NCBI RefSeq assembly: GCF_009834535.1
Contig: NC_045729.1
Span: 3,906,001-3,970,000 of the forward strand
Length of the DNA: 64,000 nucleotides
Origin: Camelus ferus
Lineage: Eukaryota
Reading direction: 5' to 3'
A model generated the notes under the pieces. That model saw only the letters and a list, made by a program, of their open reading frames with translations, made no database searches and was not told where the DNA came from. Positions 11,825 through 23,760 of this stretch are shown one piece after another. The translations under genes and the position numbers were made by a program. Position 1 is the stretch's first letter, and every line of letters begins with the position of its first letter.

Positions 11825-12493
11825 GTTCACCGTATTTAAAAAAGAAACTAAGTGAATCTCTTATGTTTAAAAAATGATCTGAAAACTTCTACAAAGTATC
11901 AGAGACAGAGCCAAACAGGTAATATCAGTAATAACAAAAATCAGAAAAAGAGTAAAAATAATGGTTCTTATTTTTAGTGTCAGCACCATTCGGCCAGCAG
12001 CATACTCGTGCAGCAGATTGTCACAGCAAAGCTGCAAGGCAGGCATAACAATAGCCCCATTTCACAGATCAGGAAGCTGACACGCAGAAATCGTGGGGAA
12101 AGAAGGTGGTGGAGCTGTGATCCTGTATTTGTTCAGAATATATTCCTAGTTTGGTGATTTTGCTAAGTTCATTCTTGTCTCAAATACTTTACAGACTGCT
12201 TTTTCAAAGCTTCCTCAAAACAAACGTTAGACTTAATAAATTCGCTCAAAAATAGCCTTGAGGTCTCCAGCTTCCTTGCTCAGATCAATTTTTATTTCTT
12301 TGTTCAGTCTCCTAGACTCTTCAGTCCCCTGAGCTGATTCTTCCTCTAGGTTGTTGCTTTTCCGGGCTCCTGATCTGGCTGGTGACAACCTCCTGTTTCT
12401 AGGGGAGCCCAGACGCACCTGTCTTCCAGATCAATTTTCTCTTCCTCTTCATAATCCCTTCCTGAACCCAGTCTGGTCACATCATACACTTAC

Positions 12494-12581
12494 CGGAGAG
12501 AGCTTCCAGCGGCCACAGCCCCAGAGAGTAACCTACGAAGACGTCTTCATCTGTTCCTGACAGCGAGCTCAGAACTTCACG
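12494..12581 (-). other. Candidate exon (88 nt; 114 nt with the alternative acceptor at 12608)
   Basis: Consensus donor CCG|gtaagt at 12493; modest acceptor tgtgtctgcttcag| at 12582; locally CpG-rich. Confidence 0.25.
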
Positions 12582-12712
12582 CTGAAGCAGACACACCACC
12601 CGCCCACCTAAAATCAACTTGTCTGCTTTCAAAGATGTTTACTTCAACATCATTCCACAGGGCTGCTGAGTCCAAATTACTGAGCAGTCCCTGAACAAAA
12701 TACAGTCATCGC

Positions 12713-13300
12713 CAAAAGATATGCACAGAATCATTCACTGGAGCGCCATCTGTAATACATCCAAACTGGAAACCACCCAAATGGCCAGCGACTATAAAAC
12801 AAATATACAACTGAATACCATGATAGTAAGGAGCATGAAAAAAATCAACCATCTGCATTGTCAGAGATGAATCACGAATGTAATAAGCAAAATAAGCCAG
12901 GCACAGAAGAATATATACCATATGATTCTATTTATATAAACTTTAACAACAGGCAAAACTATCAACAGCATTAGAAATCAGGAAATTGGTTACTCCTGGG
13001 AGCATTAGGGGAGGAGAGCTCTGGGATGCTGGTAATTTTCTGTTAATCTTGGGCTGGTTACACAGATGTGTCCACTTTGTGACAATCAGTCCATAAAGTC
13101 ATCCACTTTTTTTTTAGGTTTTTTTGGGGGGTGGGTAATTTGGTTTATTTATTTATTTTTAGAGGAGGTCCTGGGGATTGAACCCGGGACCTCGTGCATG
13201 CCAAGCCTGTGCTCTACCACTTGGGCTATAGCCTCCCCACTAAGCCATCCACTTACGATGCATGCACTTTGCTTTGTGTATAAGATACTTCAACAGAAAG
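12713..13300 (+). mobile_element. Ancient L1ME/MC 3' fragment split by a SINE
   Basis: ccaaactggaaaccacccaaatg...aagccaggcacagaagaatatataccatatgattctatttatataaac...ggcaaaact; resumes after the SINE (gcactttgctttgtgtataagatacttcaac). Confidence 0.8.
13109..13241 (-). mobile_element. Camelid tRNA-Ala-derived SINE
   Basis: Reverse head ggattgaacccgggacctcgtgcatgccaagcctgtgctctaccacttgggctatagcc; 13-bp TSD aagtcatccactt (13096-13108) / aagccatccactt (13242-13254). Confidence 0.95.
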
Positions 13301-13724
13301 CTGACCGAAAGAGACCCTGGAGGACACCTGGTCTGCTCCCCTTGTCAGCATACAAGTAACTGCTTCCTGTAGATGTGAAATATCTCAAAGGCACACAGGA
13401 AATCCATGAAAAGGCTGGGTCTAGACACTGGATCTCAACTTCCCATCCAGGTACCAAAGCTACCTCTCAAACTTGGGAGGATGTTTCTCTGAACTTCCTT
13501 CCTTGCTGTGACTATAGCCAAGGTTTAGAAGGATTAGGATCACATTCCCCTCAGGAACATAACCCGGAAGGTTCCGGGCTCCTACCAACAACGGTGCCAG
13601 GATGAGCATTTAAACGCTATTGGAATACGGCAAATCAGAGAAGTCACACGGCATTGTGTTCACACCCTAGATTCTTCCCTTTCCTGGCTGCATGATCGTC
13701 TGCACGCTCCCTCCCTCTCTCTGA

Positions 13725-13860
13725 ACTTCAGCATCCTCATCTGAGTCCCCGAAATATCAACTCCCACTTTGCAAGGTTGCCACAAGGGTTATGAGGTAAC
13801 AGTGTCAGAGCAGTGCCTGGCACGTGGCAAGCACTCAGAAAAAGTATTCACTGAGTGAAT
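13725..13860 (+). mobile_element. MIR 3' half
   Basis: cttcagcatcctcatctg...agcagtgcctggcacgtggcaagcactcag. Confidence 0.65.
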
Positions 13861-14405
13861 ATTGCTTGAACTGAATTAGTCAAGTGCCTGTCACTTAATT
13901 GAAGTTGAATAAATAGTTAAGTATTATTCTCATTACTCAGCAAGAGAAACAGCGAGAAAAGGAGTAAATAAGCTTACACAAAAACACCTCATTTTTCTAA
14001 GCCTACGGGATCATTAACGGGTCGACCTACAATTCTCACTGACTTACAGGAGGCACTAAAACGATCTGCGGGGCAAAGAGCAATAAAGGATTTAAGAAAA
14101 GGGCAGTGCTTTTTAAGTGCTACCAGGTCTGTGTTTTCCTTCTCGGTGCCAAGCAGAGATTTGCTCACTGACTGTCACAACATGTCTAAGTTCCACAGGC
14201 ACCAATGTTAGTCACGTGACTTTTAGAATTAAAACATTTTTAAAGACGGGGGTGGGTGATAAATTCTCATAGTCTTAATGAGTACACTATACAGTCTAGT
14301 AACTTTACGACTGGGAAAAAATGCAAACACTGAGCGGACAGAGAGGTAATTACAGGCTTTAAAAGATGCCACAAATGAACAGTGGTGAGGAGGGAGTTCA
14401 CTTAC

Positions 14406-14501
14406 GTTCTAAAAAGCCAAGTTTAATGCTGATTTTTTTTCTTCAGCTCTTCAAATCTTCCATGTACTTCTTAGCAATCTGATCCATTAAGTTGTTTTAG
14501 G
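14406..14501 (-). other. Probable non-coding (5' UTR-type) internal exon of an unidentified minus-strand gene, 96 nt
   Basis: Long pyrimidine tract tttatctttttatatttcttttcag| acceptor, donor AAC|gtaagt, unique non-repeat sequence; stops in all three frames; uORF MDQIAKKYMEDLKS* at 14487-14443. Confidence 0.6.
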
Positions 14502-14991
14502 CTGAAAAGAAATATAAAAAAGATAAATTAAAACTAACTTCAAATTAGAAGTCAATTAGATGGTAAATTAGTTTCTCAGCAAAGAACATCAAACTAGATA
14601 ACACATGTGCAATTAAAAACCATAAAATATGTTAAGGACCAGTAGATTTAACTAACTTCCTTCCATCTCTCATTCCGTTGTTCCTTCCGCCTCCCTATCA
14701 CCCCTCCCCACCTAGCTCTTTCCTTACTTCCTCAGTTACCGGACAACCTCAAATATTCCTTGAAGCCTGAACTTCAGCAGAAAACCATCATCATTAATTT
14801 TTACAGCACAAAGTACCTGGCTCACTATAAAATACACTGTAGAGTTAGGTACTCTCTGTCTGCTGAGTACATGAATGAACCATAGTTTACCAATATTTAG
14901 TTAAGGTTAAAAAAGTGAGGAAATTTATTCTCTTCGTGCCCAAGAAAAATACATAGACATTATATAGAAACATATACAGTGTTTTTTAGAC

Positions 14992-15217
14992 TTGCTTGTT
15001 TTTAATTGCTGGGGGTTTTTTATTTGAAGTATAGTTATTTACAATGTATCAATTTCTGATGTACAGCATAATGTTTCAGTCATACATACACATACATATA
15101 TTCATTTTCATATTCTTTTTCATTATAGGCTACAAGATATTGATTATCATTCCCTGTGCTACACAGAAGAAAATTTTTTTAATCTATTTTATCTGTAGCA
15201 GTTAATATTTGAATGTC
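14992..15217 (-). mobile_element. Young L1 3' end
   Basis: Reverse L1 3' UTR; perfect 12-bp TSD tgttttttagac at 14980-14991 and 15218-15229. Confidence 0.95.
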
Positions 15218-17491
15218 TGTTTTTTAGACCTGTGATTCTGATTCCCCTATCTCTTTTAAATAACATATACTTGGGAAAAAAATTCCCAGTAATATGTATA
15301 TGGGCATGTATATCCTCACCATCATAGCAGTAAAGGAGATTTTGGTGGTGAGGAAATATTTAGGAATAGTGGAAGTTCCTTTTGAGGTGCTCATTCTTCA
15401 AAGACTTCATAACTACCTCCACCTCCCAAGAAAGCTGAGTATCTCCAAGTTGAATACTAGAGACGTCACCTCACATGTGTTTTTCAAACGTATATAAGAC
15501 CGGGGCCAGTCCTAGACAAAACTGTGAAATAGGAAGCATAGCTGCTTCCTTCTCTCTGCCCTTTTGAGAAGTCAGTGACCCCAGATGTTTAATTAAGTAG
15601 AGAAGCAACAAGATCAGCTCCAAGATTCCAACAACTTAATGGATGTGCTTCTTGAGAACATTTTCATTTAAAAGAAAAAAAAAGCTTGAGAAGAGGCAGG
15701 TGCTTAACACTGAAAATAAAACACGTTACTGACAATGGAATTTAGGTATGAATGGGGGATAGAGGTTGTCTTGAAGGAATTTCTCAAGTTAAGTTTCTGT
15801 TCATTTCAGCCTCCCCTAAAACCAGCTTCATGTATGACCAATTTATACACACCAGTCCAGGCAAATTTTAAGCAAATGACGCACAAAGAGGCAAGCCTGA
15901 TTTTTAAAAAGAGTGCTCCAGAAGTAAACACATGTTAATCAGCAGTTTTCAACGCGAGTGTCTAGGAACCCTACCCCATGGGTGATTTTAAGAATGGAAG
16001 CAGGCAGAGCTGGGGGGAGGGTGGTAGTGGATGGAGCAATCTCCCCTTTATCTGTTTTATATTTTGATCCAAGATTTGGCTGGAGGATTGGTTCCTTGAG
16101 CTGCTTATAAAAGGGTTCAAACTAAACGGGTGATTCCATTAAAAGCTAGGGCAGAAATCACAAAGAGATCTAAACATAGCTGATCTAGAACCATAATCAC
16201 CCTCCAAATCCAACCACCATTTCTAACAGAGACTTGATGGGAAAATGTGAGTTCCAGCCTGGGTCCCAGAGCACAGGTCGGCCCAGGCCTGAGCAGGCAG
16301 GAGCCAGGCCTTGCCTTCCTTCCCACCCAGTGCCCTGGAACAAAGAGCGGAATGTGGGACCTCTGCGCCGCTGTGAGGGCCGAGCTGCCAGCGAGGGGTC
16401 GAGACTAGGGTGAGGAGGGCCGGTGGATATTCCAGAGGCTGGGAAACAGGAGGCCCCAGCAGGGAGCAAGATGCAGAGGCTCCTGGGAGCCAGTCACTCC
16501 CCCACTCCAGGCCCTGCCCCACCCCATCAGCCTCCTTGCTAGAAATTACATGTGCAAAGTTTAGGTACTTCACACATCAGGGCCACTTACATCTGTAAGA
16601 GCCAGTTCCAAGCAACACATACAATTAGAAAATGACTTTTTTTTTTTTTTAAAGTCTTATAAGAAAGTGTTGCCTGAACTTGCTCCAGAGGAATTTCATG
16701 TTAACTAAGAGGCACTAAGGATATTCAATCCCTCCCTGAGCACAGAACTCTGATTATCTGGCCCAACCGGGACTGAATACATAAAAAACATTTATAAACA
16801 TGAACCATTAGATTTTTTTTTTGACTTCCCATCGTGAGCCTGGTTTAAGTAAGTCAAAGCTATCCTTTGTTGTACAGTTTTGATCGAATTCAAGAGGCTT
16901 TAGTCGCTTCCTCAGAAACAGACATAAGCTATAAATACGCACTAACCAACACAGCCAACCACTCACAGAAAGGCTCGCTGACAAGCTTAATTTAAAAAGA
17001 ACACGTTATTAAACTGAAAAGTAAGCCATAAAAAAAAATCTAACCCCATGCAAACCACATTCCTAGTACAAAAACCCTAGTGTAATGACAAGGATAACTA
17101 CAAAACTTTTTCTATGACTCACAAACCTTTCCTATATAGAGATCACAAAAAACCAAAAAACAAAAAGACAAAAAACAGCCTGTATGTGCATCCGTATAAT
17201 AAAACAAATCCTTAACACCCTGCCCAAATCTCCGATTTCAACTACCAAGAAAATTCTCCAAGCCACTAAGTAAGTGACTTCTGTACATCGCTTCGAGCTG
17301 GAAAACACATTTATTACTACTGCCTGTTTTCCAAATCCCTTTGATCTTGTACAGCATGGCCATCAGAGCTGAGTAACATGCGAGACCAATAATCATTAGA
17401 AGTGAAGCTACTGTTTATTATAATAACGCCATACTTCGTACTTGAAACAGAATCCAAAGTCTCTACTCACGTTAGACTTAAGTGTCTACAG

Positions 17492-17704
17492 CAGGAGGCA
17501 GGGCAAGTNNNNNNNNNNNNNNNNNNNNNNNNNNNNNNNNNNNNNNNNNNNNNNNNNNNNNNNNNNNNNNNNNNNNNNNNNNNNNNNNNNNNNNNNNNNN
17601 NNNNNNNNNNNNNNNNNNNNNNNNNNNNNNNNNNNNNNNNNNNNNNNAACATAAAATATGAATTATCTGATCTGGCCCTTTAAGAAAAAGTTTGCTGACC
17701 TCTG
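17492..17704. mobile_element. MER58A-like hAT-Charlie MITE, mostly hidden by a gap
   Basis: Terminus atctggccctttaagaaaaagtttgctgacctctg; left end caggaggcagggcaagt; degenerate 8-bp TSD gtctacag / gtctagga. Confidence 0.8.
17509..17647. other. Assembly gap (139 N)
   Basis: Run of N. Confidence 1.
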
Positions 17705-17824
17705 GTCTAGGAAACAAATCCTAAAATGAGAAATAATAACCCTGGTGTAGTCATCTCACTGGGTGACTCCCTAAGTCATTTCACCTTTAGCTGCTTTAAT
17801 TGTCTTACTTACAACACAACAACA

Positions 17825-18090
17825 GGTCGTCTTTATTGGGAACCTATGTACCAGGCACTATTCTAGCGGCTTTACTTTTAGTAAATGGACAAAATATTCA
17901 TTCATTTAATTCTGGCGAAAATCCTGTGAGGTAAGTAAGTGATTATCCCCATCTTATGGATAAGGAAAACTAAGGCAGAGGGGTTAAATAACTTGCTTAA
18001 GGTCACACCACTGTTAAGTGGAAAAGTTAGGATCAGAACTCAGGCAACCTAGGTCCCAAGCTGGTATTATTCATCTCTGTGCTGTACTGA
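17825..18090 (-). mobile_element. Near full-length MIR
   Basis: tttattgggaacctatgtaccaggcactattc...ccccatcttatggataaggaaaactaaggcagaggggttaaataacttgcttaaggtcacacc. Confidence 0.88.
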
Positions 18091-18839
18091 TTATTATTTT
18101 AATTTCATAAAAGTTGTAGATAATAAAAGGAAATCTCAAAAGGTTTGTGAGAAATGTTGGGCAAGCCAGTAAAGTGCACCCCTGTGCACTTTAGGTTTAG
18201 GATAAGATACCTAAAATGATAAGATAAACGAACTTCCATAGACTTTTAAGAGCCTTCCGATTCCAAGATCAGAGCTAACCTTGGGGTATGGGGGATACAA
18301 AAGCCCACGATACTCTTTATTTTCTTTACCACAAGCAATCAAACGATCAAAAGAACTGACCAATGTCTATCTTTCCCTCGGTAAATGAGGCCTCTCCAGG
18401 CAGTTCCGGCCCTTCAGAAAGCCTTCAGGATACTTACCAGAGAGACGCTAATTCTTCCAAATGTGTTCCCATTGCATCTTATTCTCCACCTGGTTTCCAT
18501 CTGGGAAAAGGCTCAGGGAGCACCAACAGAAACTATGGAATGACTGCTCTTCATCGCCTGGAAAGGGAGCTCTGTCCAGACCTCAACTGTCACGTGGTCC
18601 AGGGAAGTGTCCCCTTAACTGAGTCATCCCCACCACTTCCTGAAGTTCTCCAGGATGTCTGGAGGAAACGTGTCACCTAAACATGACTCAGTGCTCTTCC
18701 GTACTGAGACAGGTTTCCACGACCCAAATAAAGTGAGGGGAAAACACATTGCTCAATTACTCAGCATCAGTTTCACATTTAGATAGAGATGGTCTTGGCC
18801 AAATTTCTAATTAGGCTAATCATTAGTTAGTTTCCCATG

Positions 18840-19150
18840 TCTGCAGAGTCAAGTCCAAATCCTTGAGTATGACATTTAAGACCTTCCTCATTTTCATTCC
18901 TTACCTACTTTTCCAATCTTCCTCCTTCTGTTTTTGGTCTTTCGCGTAACCAGGATGGCCTGTTTCCTCAGCACGTGATGTCTACTCCTGCTTCTAAGGA
19001 TATACTCACTCCTTACTCTATTTCCTCTTCTACTGCCTTCATCACATCCAGGGTACAGGCCAGATCGCTGTGTTAAACACTGTAGGATATAATTTGTATC
19101 TCCTGTGAGTGTTGAACCCTCATGATCTAGCAGGGTAAACAAGTACACAG
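18840..19150 (+). mobile_element. L2 fragment
   Basis: gtcaagtccaaatccttgagtatgacatttaagaccttcc...; degraded. Confidence 0.55.
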
Positions 19151-19184
19151 AAGACTAAACTAAGGCTGTGTTTTAAAGGTTCCA

Positions 19185-19318
19185 CGAGGAGGTGGGTATA
19201 GCTCAGTGGTAGAGCACATGCTTAGCATGCACAAGGTCCTGGGTTCAATCCCCGGTATCCCCATCAAAAAAAAAAAAAAAAAAAAAAAAAGAATAAAATA
19301 AAATTGATTTAAAAAAAA
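19185..19318 (+). mobile_element. tRNA-Ala-derived SINE, short form (head plus poly-A)
   Basis: gggtatagctcagtggtagagcacatgcttagcatgcacaaggtcctgggttcaatcccc followed by about 25 A; TSD aaaggttcca (19175-19184) / aaaggttcaa (19319-19328). Confidence 0.95.
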
Positions 19319-20673
19319 AAAGGTTCAAAGCACTACAGGACTCTGATGAGGGGATCTAAAAAGACTTTAGAGAGAGGCCATCACTGTGGTGGACCTTGAA
19401 GGATGGGAGAACCTTACAGTAGTCAAGTTTATAAAGTTGTAGGACAAAGGTTTACACCATAAACTTCAAAGCCAGACAGACATGGGTCCAAAATGCTGGC
19501 TCCCTTTGACTGGAAAGCTCCCTTTGAGTGGAAACAGAGTATGCAAGAATTACAACCAAGTAACTCAGGTTGATGCCTAACCACGCTCAAAACTATATCT
19601 GCAGCCAGTTCTTACGTCCTGCTCCAATAATAAAGCCTTTTATATTATGTCCCTTTGTAGACCTCCCCTTCCTTGCCAACAGCATTTCGTATTTCGACAC
19701 ATTCGTTCATCCTGGCGTCTGATCACACATTGGTTTTCACTGTTTAAATATTCCCAAAGTATGTTTTGCCTCCTCAATGAGACTTTGTTACCAAAGAATA
19801 GATTCTTTCAAAGAGACCCTCGGCATTTTCAAATTTTAGGTTCAAGGTGCCCGACAAGTAAGGCTAGTTGAGCTGAGAAGCAAATGTAAATTACAAGTTT
19901 GGGCTGTTTGGCTGGTTAGTTACAGGGGGCCCAGTCAACCATGAACATCTGTATTCCAACACGGCTTTGTTTTCTGCCTATCCAGCAACTCATATGAACA
20001 GATTTAAAACTTCTTTCTTTGTGGAATGATCAGACAAAAGCCAAGGGCGAGGACGAGTGATAGAAGCAAAAATCAAATTAAGCAGTACAAGAAAGTGATG
20101 GCTCTTAGCCAAAAAATAAGAAATAAAATAAAGAAGTTAAAGAGTTGAAGAAATTATATGTTACAGTATATTTGCAAATCTGAGGCTGGACAAAGGGCTT
20201 TGGACTAATCCCTTATGTGTTAAAGGGGTTAAGTGTACAGTTTTTTTGTGTGTTCTCACAGTACTAAACACTGTAAATACCAGCTGAATGAATAATCTCA
20301 TCATCTCCATTGTCCCAAAGTCCTCAGTGAACCCATTTTCCATGCCAAAATCAAATTCAATACAGTCAAATTTCCCTCAAAGTTCCAAAATTTGATTATT
20401 CACAATGTCTGTTGACATATTACATCAAATAAGGGTCACATATTTTTAAACTGACATGTTGCTTCATAATCATATTTGTAGTGGTTAGTAATGGCTTGCC
20501 TTTTTTTCTTTTAATTCTAAAGTTTTGTGCCCAGCTTTGCCAATACTGGCAAATTATTTTATCCCCCACGGAAAGAACTTAACTAAAAGATTCTAAGCAG
20601 TTTCGGAATTCAAAAGTGGTTACTCTTTGCAAGTTTTTACTGAATTGATTGGAATGATTAGTCAGGCACAAAG

Positions 20674-20807
20674 GTTTTTTTTTTTGGTGGGGGTGGGGGG
20701 GTAATTATGTTTATTTACTTATTTTTAATAGAGGTACTAGGGCTTGAACCCAGGACCTCGTGCATGCTAGGCGTGCACTCTGCCACTGGGCTACACCTTC
20801 CCCCACA
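20674..20807 (-). mobile_element. Camelid tRNA-Ala-derived SINE
   Basis: Reverse head and tail; 14-bp TSD agtcaggcacaaag (20660-20673) / agtcagccataaag (20808-20821). Confidence 0.95.
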
Positions 20808-21697
20808 AGTCAGCCATAAAGTTTTATACAAAAATAAACAGGTACATGCCATGGGGCAGTATGCTGGGGGTTGGGGTGAGAGAATGAACACAGTTGAACT
20901 TCCAAGCCCGCTGATTTTCTTTTGTGACAAATACTCTAAACTTTTTTTAATGACAAATACCATGGACCATAGCAAAAATTTTACATAACATGTTAAAACT
21001 TCATATGAAAATATTATGAACTATAATGCAAAATCTGCATTTTCTACATACATTTAAAGAATGGATTTTAATTGGGGGCCAGAATTTTAGAGTAGATGTT
21101 CCCATTATTTGCACACTACTTGAAGCTTGGGGGTAGTTTGGTAGAAATCAGAGATTGCTAACTACAGTCAGCTGTGTCCTCAGAGGGAACAATATTCTAT
21201 AAATGCTCTAAAATATGCCCTAATGAAAATGTAGGAAAAACACTTGCACCACCCCTAAAACTCTGGCCTCCATACCCAAGAAATCTTGTAGAATCAAGTC
21301 CTCACCTACATCATTAATGCGTTATTGCAAATATCATTCAGAAAGTATGAAGTCAAACCACTTCAATCCCATGAGCAGTCTTCTGAGAGAGCATTCTGAA
21401 CTCATGTTAAATTTGTGTACTGATTGTTTGAATAAAAACAATGACTTCAGCTGACTGGTATACGACACTTATCATGCCAGGAGAACTCTGAGAACCAGTG
21501 TAGCCCAGTGAGGTCACCACAGCTCTGGAAAGGGGGTTGGCCCGCTATGAACTCTATCATTGCTGACCAAGCAGTGAGGACGCTTCCCGTTAAACGGCCC
21601 CACGTGGAACACATGCACTTTCATTATCATACAAGATTCATCATCTCGGCATCACATGTACTTAGAAAGAAGTGGGTTGGTGGGTTCACTGACTTAC

Positions 21698-21730
21698 TTC
21701 CTAAGAATTACACTCCTGAAATACAAGGAA
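21698..21730 (-). other. Candidate microexon (33 nt, or 18 nt from the inner acceptor)
   Basis: Tandem acceptors tatttttttcag| (21731) and ttccttgtatttcag| (21716); donor GAA|gtaagt at 21697. Confidence 0.25.
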
Positions 21731-22329
21731 CTGAAAAAAATATATATATAGGCTTACAGTGGGACATTCAAAATATAAGACCACCTTATAATAAAGAAGT
21801 GCCCAAGAGTTACATCCAAAACTGAGGGTTTCCTGCCTAAGATAAGTCCTACTCTGCTACCTTTAAAAAAAAAAAAAAATCCTGTCAACCAACATAAGAC
21901 ACTGGAGCTTTAAAGATTTACTTAAACTAGAATAGGGAAAAGGATATATTCTTTTAGGAGAACACCAGTTAAAATACCTAGTTAATTTTCAGCTTCCACA
22001 TGCAGAAAGACACAACAACCTACATATTTTCTAATATTTTCTAAGTCTCAAAAGAGAAACCACTGCAACTCTAAAAAAGGATACAGGATGAAAAGTTTAA
22101 TGCTCCACTCCTCATGTACCCCTAACCACAGATAAGAAAGTAAAGAAACTAATAAAAATACAAGGGACAAAATGCAGCTCACCTATCACCAAAGGTTCTA
22201 TCTCACGAAAAGGCAACCCTATTTCCTTCCAATCCTACCATCAAAGGCTGACATCCTAGCTTTTCCTAATCTTTTCACCCCATCAAGAAATTGTTCGCTC
22301 TCTTTCTTTCCCTCTCCTTGCCCCCTTTC

Positions 22330-22990
22330 TCATTCTATCAGGGGCCAAACTGGTAGATGTTTTTTTCAAGGGTATATTGGCAACTGGCAGTGGTTATCAA
22401 AAGCCTTAAAAATGTAACAGCCTTTGACCCAGCATTCCATATTAATTAAGCTAAATACCTGGACAAGTAGGCAGATTTTGCACCTAATTTTCACAGCGTT
22501 ATTTATAGTAAGAAAAGATGGGAACAATCTAATCGTGTCCAGCAGTAGCTATATTGGGGTACATTCATTGGACAGAATATCAAGCAGGCCAGGGTCACGG
22601 AGGCAGGGGGATGTTACCAACAATCAATGACACGGAAGGACATTCATGATATATTAATTGATTTCTGTAAATACACATGTACATAAGGTAAAAAATCAGC
22701 AAGGATAACCATCTATGGTTTTCAATGCCTCCTTCTTCCTCTTCATCACTGACCCTGCAGAGAAGTCCCAGCTTTCATTAGAAAGGAATGGAGTGGAAAT
22801 GGGGGGTGGAGGTGGCAAATGAAGGGAGAAGTCTGTGCATATTTTTCCAAAACCACCCCCACTCCTAGTGATAGGTCTTCTGCCCCCCTCTGAGATAGGG
22901 TGTCATACTGCAGCAGGCTGGCAGCGATGTAATTTCAAATGATTGTGATTTTCTTTTCTTCTTTGCTTATCTTTATTTTTATAATTTTAC
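22330..22990 (+). mobile_element. Ancient L1ME fragments
   Basis: cctttgacccagcattcca (DPAIP relic), atttatagtaagaaaagatgggaacaatc, and a 3' end tttcttttcttctttgcttatc...acaataaag; boundaries approximate. Confidence 0.65.
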
Positions 22991-23019
22991 AATAAAGATT
23001 ATGTACTACTTCTGTCAAA

Positions 23020-23180
23020 GGGAGCAAAGCATGATGCCTCAAAATGTAGAATTTGGAGCAGATCTGCCTGGGTTTTAATATTCTAGGTCCATAACTTTTC
23101 GTAACTTTTGGTCAACTTACTTAACCTAAGCCTCAAGTTTCCTCATCCAACAAACGGGCAGAATAATATTAGAGGTATCT
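23020..23180 (+). mobile_element. MIR
   Basis: ggagcagatctgcctgggtttt...acttacttaacc...agtttcctcatc. Confidence 0.75.
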
Positions 23181-23419
23181 TTTCTTTAGAGATGCTAATA
23201 GAAATGCCATATTGGATAAAAGAAATGATTATTATAGATATATAAAATACAAGTTTAAGTGTTTATACTTTTAAGGAAAAAAATTCTAAACCGCAGTCTC
23301 ACAGGAGAAAAAAATATACATAAATACATAGGGAAAATTTCATTAGAAGATAACCAAAAACGTGTATTAAGTAGCCCTGAATTACTGTTTTACATATACT
23401 AAAACAAACCAAAAAATCC

Positions 23420-23760
23420 TAATATTCACAGTTCCAACGTTGTAGTGAAATTGCTGGTCATTTATTGTAACTGGCAACATATTTAATTCTTCCGTACTTT
23501 AGGGAAGCATTAAAGCTCTGCTGCAGTAGGAGTCAGTAATTCCACTCCAGTGCATTTATCTTAGGAAATAATTTGCTTAAAACAAAATTTAATATGCACA
23601 AAGGTGTTCATCACCGAATTCTAAATAACAGTAACTATTTTTAGAGGGCTAGTGAGTAATTTAACTAACATCAGAGATGTCAAAACAATAAAGCTAAGAA
23701 ACCACCCAGGTTGTCATAATGAAGAGCATAATGAAACAAAATAGTTTGACATACTTTTAA
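23420..23760 (+). mobile_element. Ancient L1ME fragment
   Basis: cagtaattccactccagtgcatttatcttaggaaataat...atgcacaaaggtgttcatcac. Confidence 0.6.

Noticed and set aside
12233-12418. Charged 61-aa minus-strand ORF (...RRLNKEIKIDLSKEAGDLKAIFERIY) as a terminal coding exon
   Set aside because: No recognised homologue, no convincing acceptor, and no partner coding exons in the window.
14406-14501. Naming the host gene
   Set aside because: I do not recognise the exon sequence with enough certainty; a BLAST search is required.
19185-19265. tRNA-Ala gene (also the other SINE heads)
   Set aside because: Poly-A or A-rich tails, TSDs and a degraded acceptor stem indicate retroposed SINEs, not tRNA genes.
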